Assembly: GCA_002633005.1 (NCBI GenBank)
Contig: NMRA01000007.1
Location: 1-64,000, forward strand
Direction: 5' to 3'
DNA from: Phoronis australis
Taxonomy: Eukaryota; Animalia; Phoronida
Length of the DNA stretch: 64,000 bases
The position numbers were made by a program, and so were the translations under genes. The notes beneath the pieces were generated by a model. The model saw only the letters and a program-made list of their open reading frames with translations, was not told where the DNA came from and did not search any database. Shown here one piece after another: positions 46,876 through 60,115 of the stretch; the stretch's first letter is position 1; each line of letters begins with the position of its first letter.

Positions 46876-47555
46876 CTGCAACAGTGAAAATGTCACAATT
46901 GTCATATGGCATTGGCCAGCAGAATCAACAGAAATACACTATTAAACAAATTCTTCAGTTTGCCACATAAAACGGCTCGACATAAGCAATTAAATACTTA
47001 AAAATATGTGTGGAAAAGGTAAAATACGAGTAGAAACTCGATCTCACTAGTAGTGCCACATACACGTGTGCCAAGGGGATGCTCGGCATTCTAGAAATAC
47101 GAGTGTAAATGAGCTATCACTCGTTCTTGCAAGTGTTCGTTTTGAAAACCAGAAGGAAATACCAGTGAGTCTCTAGACTTTAAGTATACAGTGGTCAGTG
47201 GGGTCCAGTGGGCCCAAAACTACAAAATTTTTGGAGTACATTTCAATTTCATTAAGTCTGCAGTGCATAAATCATTACAGTATACACTAGAACATTACAC
47301 GACTTATATCTGAGGTTGAAACCACCCTGACCACACACGGCACAAACTTACTTATCATAGACAACATCTTTACCACCAAACCTGAACGCCAACCACAAAC
47401 AGACACTCATACCATTGACAGTTATAGTGTAAGTGACCGAAAAAACACATAGAAACACGGTTATGCACTTCGGTAAGTTGTGCGGTTGGAGTTCAGGTTC
47501 CACGTTAAGGTTTTTCATGTGAGGTAAGGGATTTTACGGGGTCTCAGATATAGAG

Positions 47556-48194
47556 AATCTTACACGAGTCTCAGGTTTATAGCATGGGAAAAATCTCTTG
47601 GAAATTTCGTCAAAAACTCTTAGGATTTTGACGAAAATTCCAAGAGGTTTTGCCCATGTCATGAATCTGAGATGAGTGTAGGATTTGTTTTCTCACATGA
47701 ACCGTAAAAACAATCTTTTTGCCGAAAAAACTCCACGAATCTTCAGCCACATGATGCAACTTTTGTAAAAACACGCTTGCGCAATGTAAAGAAATTTTCG
47801 TTACTTTTTGTGAAAAAGCTTAACAGTTGTAAATTGTATTCAGCTTTCATAGCAAATATTCAAGTTAGAATCTAATAAATAGTCTTTTAAGTTGTAATAT
47901 TACAACTTAAAAAAAATATAAATAACAATCAGCAAGGCTTCCCCACGCGTGAGCACTGAATTGACCTTGAGACAGCACAGCTATACAGTCCCGCCATGTT
48001 TTTTGAGATGGGGCTCATCTCTGTTTGAATGAATTCTGGCATTGGTTGTTTTAATGTTTTGCAAACGATAAAATGTAAGGCGTTCGGATTTCTACATTGC
48101 ACCACTTTGAGATTCACCCATGTAATAACAAAATAATCACGTACTCGGTATTATTAACCAGTCGTGTCGTAACAGATTCCAGGTCATGTGAGAA
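47556..48194. mobile_element. Foldback/palindromic non-autonomous element
   Basis: A ~60-bp-arm hairpin (aatcttacacgagtctcagg...tttcgtcaaaa / ttttgacgaaa...tctgagatgagtgtaggatt, 47556-47684) followed by a segment bounded by ttctcacatga (47690) and tcatgtgagaa (48184-48194). Confidence 0.6.
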
Positions 48195-50875
48195 AAGTGT
48201 GTCTTGCACAGAGTAACAGTTGGTTTCTACCCTTGCATTAAAAATGAAGCACAACTGAGAAACACTCTGTTATTCAAGGAATAAGCCACATGATACTAAA
48301 TCCCTAGTTTCAAAACACAAGTAATTGCTTCAAGCTAGGAGACACACCTATATAGTCAACATGTGCATATCCTCTTAGCATGGTTACATCAAATGTTGCA
48401 AAAACAGCCACTGGGCAAACAGTATATTTTCATACTTGAATGTAGAAAATAAGCTGTCTTACTAAAGCTGCACTCGCCCTGTTTAGATGGCTAAAAACAA
48501 AACTCTAGTTATGTAGACCTTCCACTCTAACAAAATTGATCTCCTAATATTCCTTACCATGATAGGATTATATGTCTGTTCTCAAGAATATCAAAACCAG
48601 AACTGTAGGTAAGGCATTTTTTGCATGTACACGTTCATGGGCTGGGAACTTATTTTAGCGACGTCTGTTGGGGGTGTTTATAGGGGCATGGGTGCTTATT
48701 AGGGCGAATACGATAATTCATAGTTATCAACTGTCTTCTTTTAGCGCCACCTTAGTCATTTTTCTCAAAGCAGACATCAGTACATTAGGTATGCTTTCCC
48801 ATACCCTACAATATGCCCCAGCTGTAAACACCCCTCAGTGAAAAACAGAGCAGGAGGAGGTTGAATTCCTAACTGAGTGAGTCACAACAGTTGTCCTGTA
48901 TAAGTAATTAAACAAAAAATATTTGGGTCATGCCAGTTAGTTTGCACTGTCGTGGCATTGATACCGTGGATCTATAAAATTATGGTTACAAGGTAACACA
49001 TTCAGACACAACACATCTTTACCATGCCCAACAGAGGCAAAAACTTCAACAAACACTACTGAGACAGATAAAACTTTCTGGTTTAGAGCACGGATTTCCA
49101 TAGTTTTGAGATATTAATAGATCAAATTTTTCAACTATCATTTGGAGTGACCACTTAAAGATAGAGAGCCAACAACCTGAAATGGCAATCTATACATCCC
49201 AAGTGCTTAAAGTTTTCACCCCACTAGGGATAATCCATTAAGTCCACAATCCACCTAAAATATGGCAGTGCAGATAAAACGTTTCACCTACCACAGCAAA
49301 CATTAGATACACTTGAGCCTCAATCCATCCAGTAACACATTGATAACAGCCACATGAAATATTTCAATCTTCCCTAGTGTACAGGTCAAAAACAAACATC
49401 ACGTAATTGAACTCAACCAGTGTCCTAAGCAGTCACATAAAGCTCAAGGTAAGTGCTGTTTTGAAAAGCTGGCTGTTGACCCATCCATACTCCAATGCAT
49501 CAACTGCCTATCTGATGTTCAAGCCAGCATATAACTGGCTGTGCTTCAGGCTTTTTGAATCAACCAAGGATAACGACAAGGTATAGCAGCCCTCACAATA
49601 CATCACTCAATTTCCCTTTCAGTCATTTAATGTTACCAATGCCTGCCAATAGGACTCCATTGACGGAGAGGCTATCAAAAAGTTTAGAAAGAAAACACCC
49701 AGGTTTCTAATGGAATACCACAGTTCTATAGATATAAAGTATTTTAAAGAAACTTATTCACACTTACAAATTTGTTCCATTCAAGATCATTTGCGGGAAA
49801 AGATCAGTTTCTTAAATCCATTTAAAAACTCAATGAGATGGAAATGTAGAATTACATTTTGCTAAAACAGCCAACAAAAATAAACACTAGTTAGCAGCAG
49901 CCTGATTTCTTTTGTACAGTTGTCACCAAACATAACATAGTCAAACTTTGAGCAGTTGACGTGATACTCAAGCCATAGAAAGTGAAGAAATACAATTACT
50001 GGTATGGCTATTATGATGAAGTCTCTACGAATTCCAAGCCCTTAATTACGAATGCATTAAGCTTTGGGTGAAGATTTTTTTCCTTGCTGAACAAACCACA
50101 TGTTGATGAAATTCAGAACCAAAAAGTTTTGTTCAAACATGCGGTTTGCTTACGTAACCTTGGTCTTACCTTCTGACCTTATTGTGGCTGCTAACCGGTA
50201 AATTTAAAAATCATATAACATTTACTCGATGTAATCAATTGCCCATGAAAAAAGTGAAGAAATATTTCTTATATGGTAACTAATGGTAAATTTTAGCCTG
50301 CCCAAAATTAGTTAACAAAAGCGATATTTTTCATTTTTGTTAATAAATTCAAACAAGGTGCAACTGCTGGCAATTTTATTTTATATCCATTCAAACAGGT
50401 GACAACTTGAAAGAGCACAAAATGTTAGGTTTCACCTACTTGAGGAAAAGCCTATGAGGGCTTGCAAAAGGGGGTGCTACTGATGACGAGGTAGGATTTT
50501 CACCTCACCAGAAAAAAATTCCCCTCTCAGAAGTCACAAGCACCTTTTTCTTCGAATGAACAAGGGTGCTAACTTTTTGATAACTTTAAGACTAGAATGA
50601 CTTAAATTGGCCCAGTGAAAGTATGGCGAAATATCTTCAATTTCAGCCTACATAGCTGCAAGCTGTCAAATCTCTTTTAAATTTTGTTTACATCTGCAGG
50701 TAGGACGGTCTACACAGTACAGACAGTATAATACAGTTAGGTACTTACTTCCACATAGTGTGCCCTAAATTAAACAATCTTTAACCCAGTGAACAAGGTT
50801 TAACCCCCCCTCCCTCCCGCCAAGACCCAGATATGAATAGAGATAAACAAAATAATCTAAAAAGGTTTCAACCAA

Positions 50876-51347
50876 AGGGCCTTTCATACTAACGTCGACG
50901 GCTTGGGAAATTGTGGTCAGTATGAACGCTTAACTTCGGTCCTGGATCGCAGTTAACAGGTGAATTAAACAGTGCAGCGTCAACGCTGCGGTACAGTATG
51001 GTCAACTTCGGTCCCATCGAATTTATCGCCAGGTGCCACTGTTATCGTCAACAATTTAAGGGTAGTGTAGTCGCTAATAGTTGCTTACATTTTGCTCGAA
51101 TAATCACCAATCGAAATAAAAATAAGTTTCATGTCAATTAGCACATGTAAATGTTCCCAAATTGTCACATTAAACAAAAACTTTGGGGTGCAGCGCTACC
51201 TTGCGATTACTTGGATGACAACAGCGTCACCTGCCGTTTACTTCGATGTTCCTTAACTGCCAAAGCCAGTATGAACGGTTTAGTTAACTCCGTAGTTAAC
51301 GTCGACACTCCGCTTAGACCCAGAGTTAAGTCAGTATGAAAAGGCCT
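50876..51347. mobile_element. PIF/Harbinger-like MITE
   Basis: TIRs AGGGCCTTTCATACT / AGTATGAAAAGGCCT, flanks CAA/TAA, internal repeats of cagtatgaac and ttaact. Confidence 0.75.
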
Positions 51348-51857
51348 TAATTCTTTAAATTCTTAATAATTTATTCAGCAAAATATCAGGATTTAAGCAT
51401 CATATAATTCATTTTTCCCAAACCACTGTCATTTCCAGCTTGCACAAGCCATAAGCTAATTTTACGGCATACTAAACTTCAAACCTCCTTAAAGCTAGTT
51501 ATTATTGTACAATGGTTTTGTACATTGAACCATACAAAAGAGCAGTCCTAGACTACAGAAGCTTAGGACCATAACAGTTACCCCTACAGATTTAAGGTTT
51601 AAATTTCCATAAAGAATTTTTATTTCATGTCCAAAGTCAAATTTATACACAAGATGCGAACATGCATAAAAACCTGAAGACCAAATTATATGCAGCACTT
51701 CCACACCAGTTCATGAATATACTACATACAAAAATACACTCAGGTGTAAATGTAAATTTGCATCATTTTCATACGGGGAAATGTAGTGCAAGACAAAATA
51801 CCGATTCCCCCATCCTAACATCTAATTCTGTTAAAAGCAAGGACTGATAATAATTAC

Positions 51858-52271
51858 AGTGGTGTCCACACGCAGACTTACCCTGGAACAAGTTACTCCC
51901 GAAATGAGTTGCTGGGTTTGAAGGCTGTGTGGACGCTGTTTAAGCTGGTGCAACATACCCCACTTATGACAATTTACGTACTCCACCTTATCAAGGTAGG
52001 ATAACTTGTTCTATTGTAACTTGCACCACTTCAAAGTCCTGTGTGGCTGCAAACCAGGAGCAAGACAGAAGCAATTATCAGATGCGGTTACCTACATATG
52101 ACTCCTCTTTTGCGCACTATATTCGCATCAGCTGTGTATTGTCATACAAAGAGTAACAACTTCCGCCTTGGCAAATGTGTGTGTGTGTGTGTGTCTGGAC
52201 GCTCCACTTAAAGTGGGGCAAGATGCCCTAGAACAAGTTGTTCTAGGGTAACTCTGTGCGTGGACGAGACT
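51858..52271. mobile_element. PIF/Harbinger-like MITE
   Basis: gtccacacgcagacttaccctggaacaag / ttgttctagggtaactctgtgcgtggac inverted termini, internal tgtggacgc repeats and a (TG)n run. Confidence 0.75.
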
Positions 52272-52984
52272 TAAATGGGCGGCAAAATTCTAATTACAGA
52301 ATGTGTAAACCACCTTACTAACTTTCATGTTAATTCCCCTTCAAAGTCGGTCATGATAGAAGACTATTATGATGAGTGTAGCTTCCACCCAGCCGTCATG
52401 ACGAGAATTAAGCGCCATTTTATCTGACCACTTTTGGCTAGTTCTGTACTTCTACTAAGTCTAAGCTTATTGCACATCTTAGGGTCATTGCACGTGGAGA
52501 AGTGGGAGCCCATCTGACCACCTCAGGTAAATGATTGGTGAGTTGACAGCTGCGTAAAGCAGTGAAAAGACGATGACAACTGAATGATCTCGGCACTTAT
52601 TCATTGAAATTGTTCTCACATTGACTGGAACTGTCATCAGCTGAATGAGCAAGTTGCTATTTCATTCAAATGCCGAATTTTAAGGCTGGTACATGTGCTG
52701 TCAGCAAAGCAATCATTCTCCTGGCTGGTCCACGCTGGCCATTATTGAGGGTGCATATCCCATGCCAACGTGGTAAGCCTACACAAAAGTCAAGACACAG
52801 TTTCACCTATCATTTCAATAAAATATCTTTGCAGACCACACAAGACACTTTTAAACATTCAATAAAGTGAATTTGTATTGTCCTCCGAAGTGATTAGACC
52901 ACAGAAATGATTTTGTACCAGAATTTTTGGCAAAACGATTCTGAGTGTGCGAAAGGAGATAAGTGTGCTAAATCAGCGGGGAAT

Positions 52985-53053
52985 TACTGTATATACTTAG
53001 GTGTAAATACTGTGTTTACTTAGGTGTAAATACTGTGTGCACTTAGGTGTAAA
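52985..53053. repeat. 23-bp minisatellite, 3 copies
   Basis: tactgt(N4)acttaggtgtaaa x3. Confidence 0.92.
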
Positions 53054-55485
53054 CAACGTCATGTAAACAGGGCTTACGTCAGCAGGTCCACTCACTGCTA
53101 GTTAGCTCACAGACGCAGTACTAACCAACTGCTTCCTGTCCATGTACTTACAGCATGACGGAGATTTTGAAACAGATCATCCAGTAAGGCCTCCATCCAG
53201 GCAGTGAACGGTGGTACACCAACCAAAATGAAGAACATCCCACTAACCATTAGTCACATATTGTTCAACAGGTGCGCTGACCGAATAACGGGTCTACACC
53301 ACCAAACACATTACTCCGGAATCCTGACATGTCTTGGTCTGCATACAGTCCAGTCTCGCCTGTTGCACCAGGTATTCACAACACCAATCAATGACACACT
53401 TTACTGGCATTACATAACCTTTATGACACAAGGCTCCGTCCATTGTACCAGCACTAATTAACAGAAACAGGATGAGTCACACCTGCACTCAGCACAAACA
53501 AGCGTTTTTCAGACTTTCCGACTCCAAACTTCCAGACTACTCACAAAAAACACTCGCCTCCATAAATATATCGACCAGAAAGTGATCCAATACCAGTCTG
53601 GCTGTTAAGCTTACCAACACTATATGGGATTGTCCATAATTAAAAACAAGTTTAACCAGCAAAACTTTGTCAACTGTGACCTCAGACACATGCCCAGCCA
53701 CAACTACGAGAGTATCCCAGAGACCTCCACTCCTCCACAGACCTCCATGCAAGGTATTTCACTATTCAACACACTTAAGATTCTACTATTTTTATGCTCG
53801 CACTCAATAAATTCTTCCCAGCCCTATCCCACACCTCTGGAGCCACTAAATATATGTTGAATGTCATGTCAGGGAGGTCACTTGTCTTCTCATATCATCC
53901 CTCACCACACTTGAACATGTAAATTATCAGAGACAGAGCAGACCATGGCTGGGATTTATCAAGATACCGGAGAGAAGAGCGTATAAAAAGTACAGGTAAA
54001 TAAATTTAACAAGGAATTTAGATCTTCCACTATTTTTTTTTTCAAAATTCAAAGGGATAGCAAGCATCTTTTGACCAAATTTATTCTTCAAAGCAAGCAT
54101 CCCAGGTATTAAATTTTATGAAAATAACATTTTTGCATATGTGGACAGATATTTTCCCCATGAATAACTACTTCCCCCTTGGAGTGCATCTCTAACTTTG
54201 GAACAAACATATGTGATGTAAATGACTCGGTAGAATACCTGGTTCTCAATTCACTTCCATTAAGCAAACACCAACAACCGAAATAGAAGTTGTGCTCAAT
54301 AGCGAGTGGGATGTTGTGTTTGCTCCTTGGGTCTTTTCCCGGGTGGTTCATATCATTTTTTAAATAATTTTTTATTGTTCTACGGAAAAAGGGGGGGAAG
54401 CCATTAACATGCAAAAAGGATCTTCAGAGTAATAAGTGGTCTGTATTCTTACTTAGAAACGTAACATCAAACGAACAATCCACTTTAAACACTGGCTTGA
54501 GCAATAGACATTTTCCACTATAGCAGTGACCAGCATCATGAAATATATACACGTCGTCACCAGAAGGCCATAGAGAAGTACCTGGACAGCATTTACCACT
54601 AGCATGTACAGGAACCTAATATAGTATTAACATTTCATAATAATTCTCTGCGACCATCATATTGTCAAACAGCCATTGTTGTTTAGAGGGGATATTCAAC
54701 TGTTCACACGGCAAAAATTTCCAATGCCTCAAAAGGACCAAGAATGAAAGACACAAATATTGTCCTAGTGAACTCAGTTTTACACACCAGAATTAGCTAT
54801 CGAGTCGAGCGAAAAATGCTTTTGTGTGCACACAACACTGAAGAATTAAAAGTTGAACTTTCTTAACAGAATAAAAGTGGACAATATTTTATTCGCAAAA
54901 CAATCAGTCCCCTTTAGTTTCAAATCTAAAACATGGTCTGAGCCATAACAATAACAAAATCCCTAAATCCCATGTTCAAGGCAAGCTGTTCACAGGTTTC
55001 ACTTTATGACAAAGAATGACATTAAAACACTTAAGCTGATTTTAATTGTTTGAAATTCTCAGCGTCTAAAATATGAATAAAATTTAAGGACCAAGAATTT
55101 TTTCAAAAAGTAATGATACTGGCAGTAATTTTGAAACAAATGAAATTATCGAAATCCTTGTAAATGGCCTTCAGCGAAATCGATGTGAAAATTTCACCTA
55201 ATCCAATTTTTACCATTAAAACAAATTTGAAAAACAACAATTTCAATTTAATTAATCTAAAGGACAATTTATATCTAGCTTGACCTTTGCTTACTCTAGT
55301 CATCAATAAAAATATGCACAAAATATTCACACCTGACCTAAGATGAATAATAACCCTCAAAAGGCCAAATAAAAAGTTGTCAACATTGACACGTAAGAGA
55401 CATGGCAAGAAAATCGGTACAACAACCAATCACCGGGAACATGGACACAGGTCATTGACTAATCAAGAATGACAAGGTTACTCAC

Positions 55486-55575
55486 TAACAGGTGCTGGTA
55501 GAAGAGGAAAGCGACAGTGCGCAGTTCATGAATGAGATTCCAGCATGGTGTGCCTGTCAATGCAATCAGCATCAT
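55486..55575 (-). CDS. Possible alternative first coding exon of ASPP (MMLIALTGTPCWNLIHELRTVAFLFYQHLL)
   Basis: ATG-initiated 30-codon frame ending at a consensus donor (TTA|gtgagt) in phase 0. No homology support. Confidence 0.25.
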
Positions 55576-58528
55576 GTTGCATCCTCGTGCACACTCTTGA
55601 AGCTCAAAGGCATGATTCCAGTGCAGTTATACGCATGAGAATGAACATCCATATATCACTGACACATCATTTACACCCAGTGACTGATCAGCCCGAATAT
55701 GGTGTTGAAAAAGTTTTAAAAAACTGTCCAATTCGGCTGGAATTAGCCTCCCCTCTCAAGTTCCAGTAGCAATGCTCCTTGAATACGTACAGAACACCCT
55801 ATTTAGCCTATTTTCCATGCAGTTTTCAATGGTCGAAACTGTACACACATAATAGCCAATTTTCCATGCAGTTTTCAATGGTCAAAACCACTCGACACGC
55901 ATGTCTCCATAATTCCCAAATCTGGACACATAAAATGTTTCACATAATAACAGGCACACAGAAACCAAAATGCCACAACTACCAGACAGCTATCCAAATG
56001 TGATTATCCACAGTTAATGAAAGTTCCCTGCTGTTGGTTGCCAGTAGCCATGCGCCAAGAGTGCACATCTCTGTAGACCAGGATGCGCCCTGAACCAATC
56101 ACTTCAATTACGTTCCATGTTAGCGCAACACTTTTTATCTACACTGCCAGTTAGTCTGATGAAAACCATGGCATCAGTGAACAGTTCCTCACCAGGTATG
56201 TGCAAATCTTAATTACAACAGTACCAGCTACTGGACTAATTGGTGCTCGTTAGATCCCAAACGTTGCCTTCTGCCTGATAGACTGAGCATCAAAGAGAAT
56301 TTGGATAGAACAATACATTGACTTAAGGCGACTAGGTGATATTGATTTTAGCACCAGCGTGCATTAATGTTTTGAAATGTTCAGTGTGCATTGTTGATTA
56401 CCCTAACTAAGCAAAACATCCTTCGAGATGTTCACTACTGGGGGAGAAATTAGCACAACTACTTATAGACACTCCTGGCGGATAAAAATTACTTAGAAGT
56501 AAAAATGTTATCAAAATTACAACCAAGAAATCTTGGTCGCAAATCCATCACAAAGAAACAACCTGAACTGCAGCCATCAAATAGATTGATGGAAAATAAT
56601 TCAACACTGCTCCAATGACATTTTTAAATGAGCCACCAGGGGGCAGAGGTATTACAAATTGCTGCAAGTTACTACCACTTAGTTAAAAAAGCTGGCCATT
56701 CTATCACCATCCAGGATTGCACTTCAACATAAAAAACCGTGAATTCCGAAGGTGAAATAAATGTTGCAATCATAGCTCAGCTCAGTACCACACTGACACT
56801 GCCCAAATTGCATTTTACCATATTTGAGGGATGTTTGTAGCAAAATAAAAAAAATTTCCTTTAGTTTCAAGTTTCAAAAACAAATCTGTCCCCTGTTCGT
56901 CACTTCGTTGATTCTTGTCTCACTTGTCTCCTAATTTGGTATAAGACATAGACGTAACACTTTAGACCTTTGATTATTAAACAAAACGAGCGATTTCAAG
57001 CAACAGCCAATTCGACTTCTTTGAGTGCAAACGTGCATTTACATTATAAGGGGCAGAGAATTTGAAAACTGTATTGGAATGAAAGCTTTTGTTTTGTCCC
57101 TGTTTCAATAATATTGAATCTGGCGATTTTTACTAGAAATTCTTGCAACATTCGAAGTGAATAACTCTCGCGTTAGCATCCTCAAGAAGTAGATTCGCCA
57201 CAATCTGTTTAAAAGGTATTTTTATGGAGTTTTCACAATCCATGAATCTAACTCAGGACAAAGGGTGCATGAAAACTGAGTAACAATCGTGTCTCATTTT
57301 GTCTTGAATAGCCTGCCACATCATTCACATTATAACACACGCTACATGCAGACCGGGCGATCAAACCATCTCACCAATTTTGGACAAAAATAATCGAACA
57401 AATTTGACAACTTTTCACATTCTAAGGGCTTCTAACACCGTCTAGGAATTGTCTACTAATTACATTCAGGCATTTCACTAACCAAATTTGCAAACATGAA
57501 TTCAGTGTCGTTTTTCTAGTCATTAAAATTATTGAGTACACTTTCCAGATCAAGATACTGTTCTTTGGTTTCAAAAGGGATCTTTACTCAATATTTTCAT
57601 CACTTAAATAGAACCCAGCAATATACATAGTCTCATTTTTCTAGTCATTGTTTGCTCAGATATTTTAGGCTTTTCAAACTGAAACTGAAATCATAGACTG
57701 AGCATATATGGAGAATACAGTCACAATGAGTCACTTCCAATACATACCAAATACTTTACAACACACGCTCTAAAAAACACTGAGCAAACTTGCAGGAAGG
57801 CTATATCAAAGTGCACTTGATGACATTAATGCAAAGTTGACTCCTATTATTTTTTCTTATTGTTTACATTCATACATGTAGGACAGGTAAGCCATGTGAA
57901 CATCTGAGCACTCTCCCAATCAACACCACCTGGTGGATCATTTACTTTGTAAGCCAACACTGCCATGTATAATCTTACTGATATCTGGTCAAAGTTATCT
58001 CCACATGTAACCACATCTAGTATTTTCATATGAAAAAAGCATTTCGGCATTGGGAATCAAAAGGAATGCCAAGCGGCCACTTCTGCTTTTGATAACTGGG
58101 CTTTAATTCTCCTGATTCCCCCACTCACGAATTGTCAAGCTAAGCATCAAGCACTGTTAGAGTTAAATTATGGAATGGCTTAGCGGTACACATTGAATTT
58201 TGAGTCGATCTTCATTTTCAAAAAAAAAAACTTTTGAATAATACGGTTGTACTTCTATAACGAAAATTATTATATTTATACTATTTTTTCAATAAGTAAT
58301 ACTTTTTAATTTTTATAATCATTTTGTATATTTATTCCTTGTTATTGTTGATATTGTATATTCATTTATTCTTATTCTGGTGCTTCAGTCTTCAGCACAA
58401 ACATAGGTCACCCGACTTTTCTGTGTCATCCACCGCTTATATTAAGAGTCAATTTTTTCATTTTTCTTTACACACACTTTACTATATTTTATAAATATTT
58501 TTATAGCACAAACATTTTTAAGTCTGGC

Positions 58529-58709
58529 CAGCACGCCACCTATGCCACATCACATGACCTAACGAAAAGATTTTTGCCCCGACTGGGACTCAAACCCAGG
58601 ACCTTCTGCTAACCGTGCAGACACTCCAGTCCACTGACCCATCAGGACCACCAATCGGGGCAGAAAATTTTTCATTAGTTCATGTAATGTGGCCATAGGT
58701 AGCGTGCTG
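58529..58709. repeat. ~55-bp imperfect inverted repeat enclosing the tRNA-like sequence
   Basis: cagcacgccacctatgccacatcacatgacctaacgaaaagatttttgccccga pairs with tcggggcagaaaatttttcattagttcatgtaatgtggccataggtagcgtgctg. Confidence 0.85.
58576..58648 (-). pseudogene. tRNA-like sequence (tRNA pseudogene or SINE head)
   Basis: 73 nt with acceptor stem GTCCTGA/TCGGGGC, anticodon arm TCTGC-ACGGTTA-GCAGA, T arm CTGGG-TTTGAGT-CCCAG and A/B-box-like motifs. The D stem is broken and the invariant U33, R37 and TTC bases are altered. Confidence 0.7.
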
Positions 58710-58740
58710 ACTTGGCCTAAAATGACATGTTTCCCAGCAC

Positions 58741-59216
58741 CAATAAGCTTTTATTACAAAACACTTCAATGGCGATGAGGATTGCCCTAAATTGCAGAAT
58801 CCATACCATATTATAAGCTTTTTGATTGTTTAGGCGACCAAGGTGACATTTTTGTCAGGTGGACAAAATGGGTGAGCAGATTGAAAAACTTGCTAACTGC
58901 AATGAACATAACTAAATCGGACCGAAAACGTGCCCTATTTCTCCATTACCTTGGCAAGGAAGGTAATGATATCTTTGATACCCTAAAGGGTACAGTCCCT
59001 GGCGAAGGAGAGTAGTCCACCCTTTTAACAATGCTAGCTGCCTTGACTAATTACTTTGCTCCAGAAAGAACAGAGAATTTGAAATTCTGTCAAGCACGTC
59101 AACTGGAATATGAAGACTCCACTACTTTTTTCATATGGCTACATCAACTGGTGTTGACTCGCAAAGAAACTGATACAGCTGTTGCTTCAAGTTGGCATGT
59201 GGTAGAGAGAGCATAA
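58741..59216 (+). mobile_element. Degenerate Ty3/Gypsy LTR-retrotransposon 5' relic (LTR end, PBS, gag)
   Basis: TGGCGATGAGGATTG (58770-58784) resembles a tRNA-Ser(GCT) primer-binding site (TGGCGACGAGGATGG). The frame from 58791 reads ...FVRWTKWVSRLKNLLTAMNITKSDRKRALFLHYLGKEGNDIFDTL...*...LTNYFAPERTENLKFCQARQLEYE, a typical Gypsy gag N-terminus, with a stop at 59013 and a lost ATG. Confidence 0.8.
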
Positions 59217-60059
59217 TTTGCTGAAATCCTTCTGGCATACAAAGCCAAAGCAATGCTTGGAAAGGGATATACCGGGAAATACCGAAAATAGGCCCATGAC
59301 TGGATGTCCCGAAAGCGACCTTTTAATCACATGAAACAGCACGTAAGCCCAGGCGTATTTTCAGAAACTCTGTGAAACATTTTGTTATGTAGTTTCAAGC
59401 AAACAATAAAACATTAATTATTCAGTCCAGACTGTTTTCAAACTATGCAAAAATGAATGAGCAGCTGTCTGTAAGGGTTGGTAGACTTTGAAAGGACTGT
59501 TGGTTTGCACTGATATTAAAGAACCAGTTTGAGTCGTGCAACAACTTAATTAACTGATTTCTGTCTGCAGATGTTGACATGAATACCAACAAACAAGATA
59601 CTTTAAGACATTGAGGCCGAAGCCATGTTATTTTAATAAACACTTCCTTTATAATATATACGTAATAGTATCTTGATCGCTAGTAATAATTTTATTTATC
59701 CATCCTTTTTCGCATTCAACAAACATAGTGTGTTAAAACTGTATGATCCTTCATACTGTGCCGATTTGTTTAATTACTGTCATAGTCACCCGATATATTG
59801 TTGAATGATAGTCATTTGAGATTTGAGTGAAATAGCAATTCCCAAACTATTTCTTACCAAAATAAACAGAAATTTTACCGCATCAAAAAATATTACACAA
59901 GAACAATCTATTACGTCATTACGACTTTCAAAACATACAAACAGTTACCGATACACCCACGGGTGTACTGTTGTAAACTTTTCCACAAGTACGCCAGTGG
60001 TCATACTTTTGGGTGGACCTATTTTCGAAAAATCCCACCTTCCATGTTTGGGGATGGTG

Positions 60060-60115
60060 TAGGCAATGACCATCGCCTCTGTTGGCCCAACAACAGAGGC
60101 GATGGTCATTGCCTA
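60060..60115. repeat. Perfect hairpin, 25-bp stem, 6-nt loop
   Basis: taggcaatgaccatcgcctctgttg-gcccaa-caacagaggcgatggtcattgccta. Confidence 0.97.

Noticed and set aside
58576-58648. Functional tRNA-Thr(GGT) gene
   Set aside because: The D stem is unpaired and U33, purine 37 and the TTC loop are altered. A GGT anticodon is also atypical for eukaryotic tRNA-Thr.
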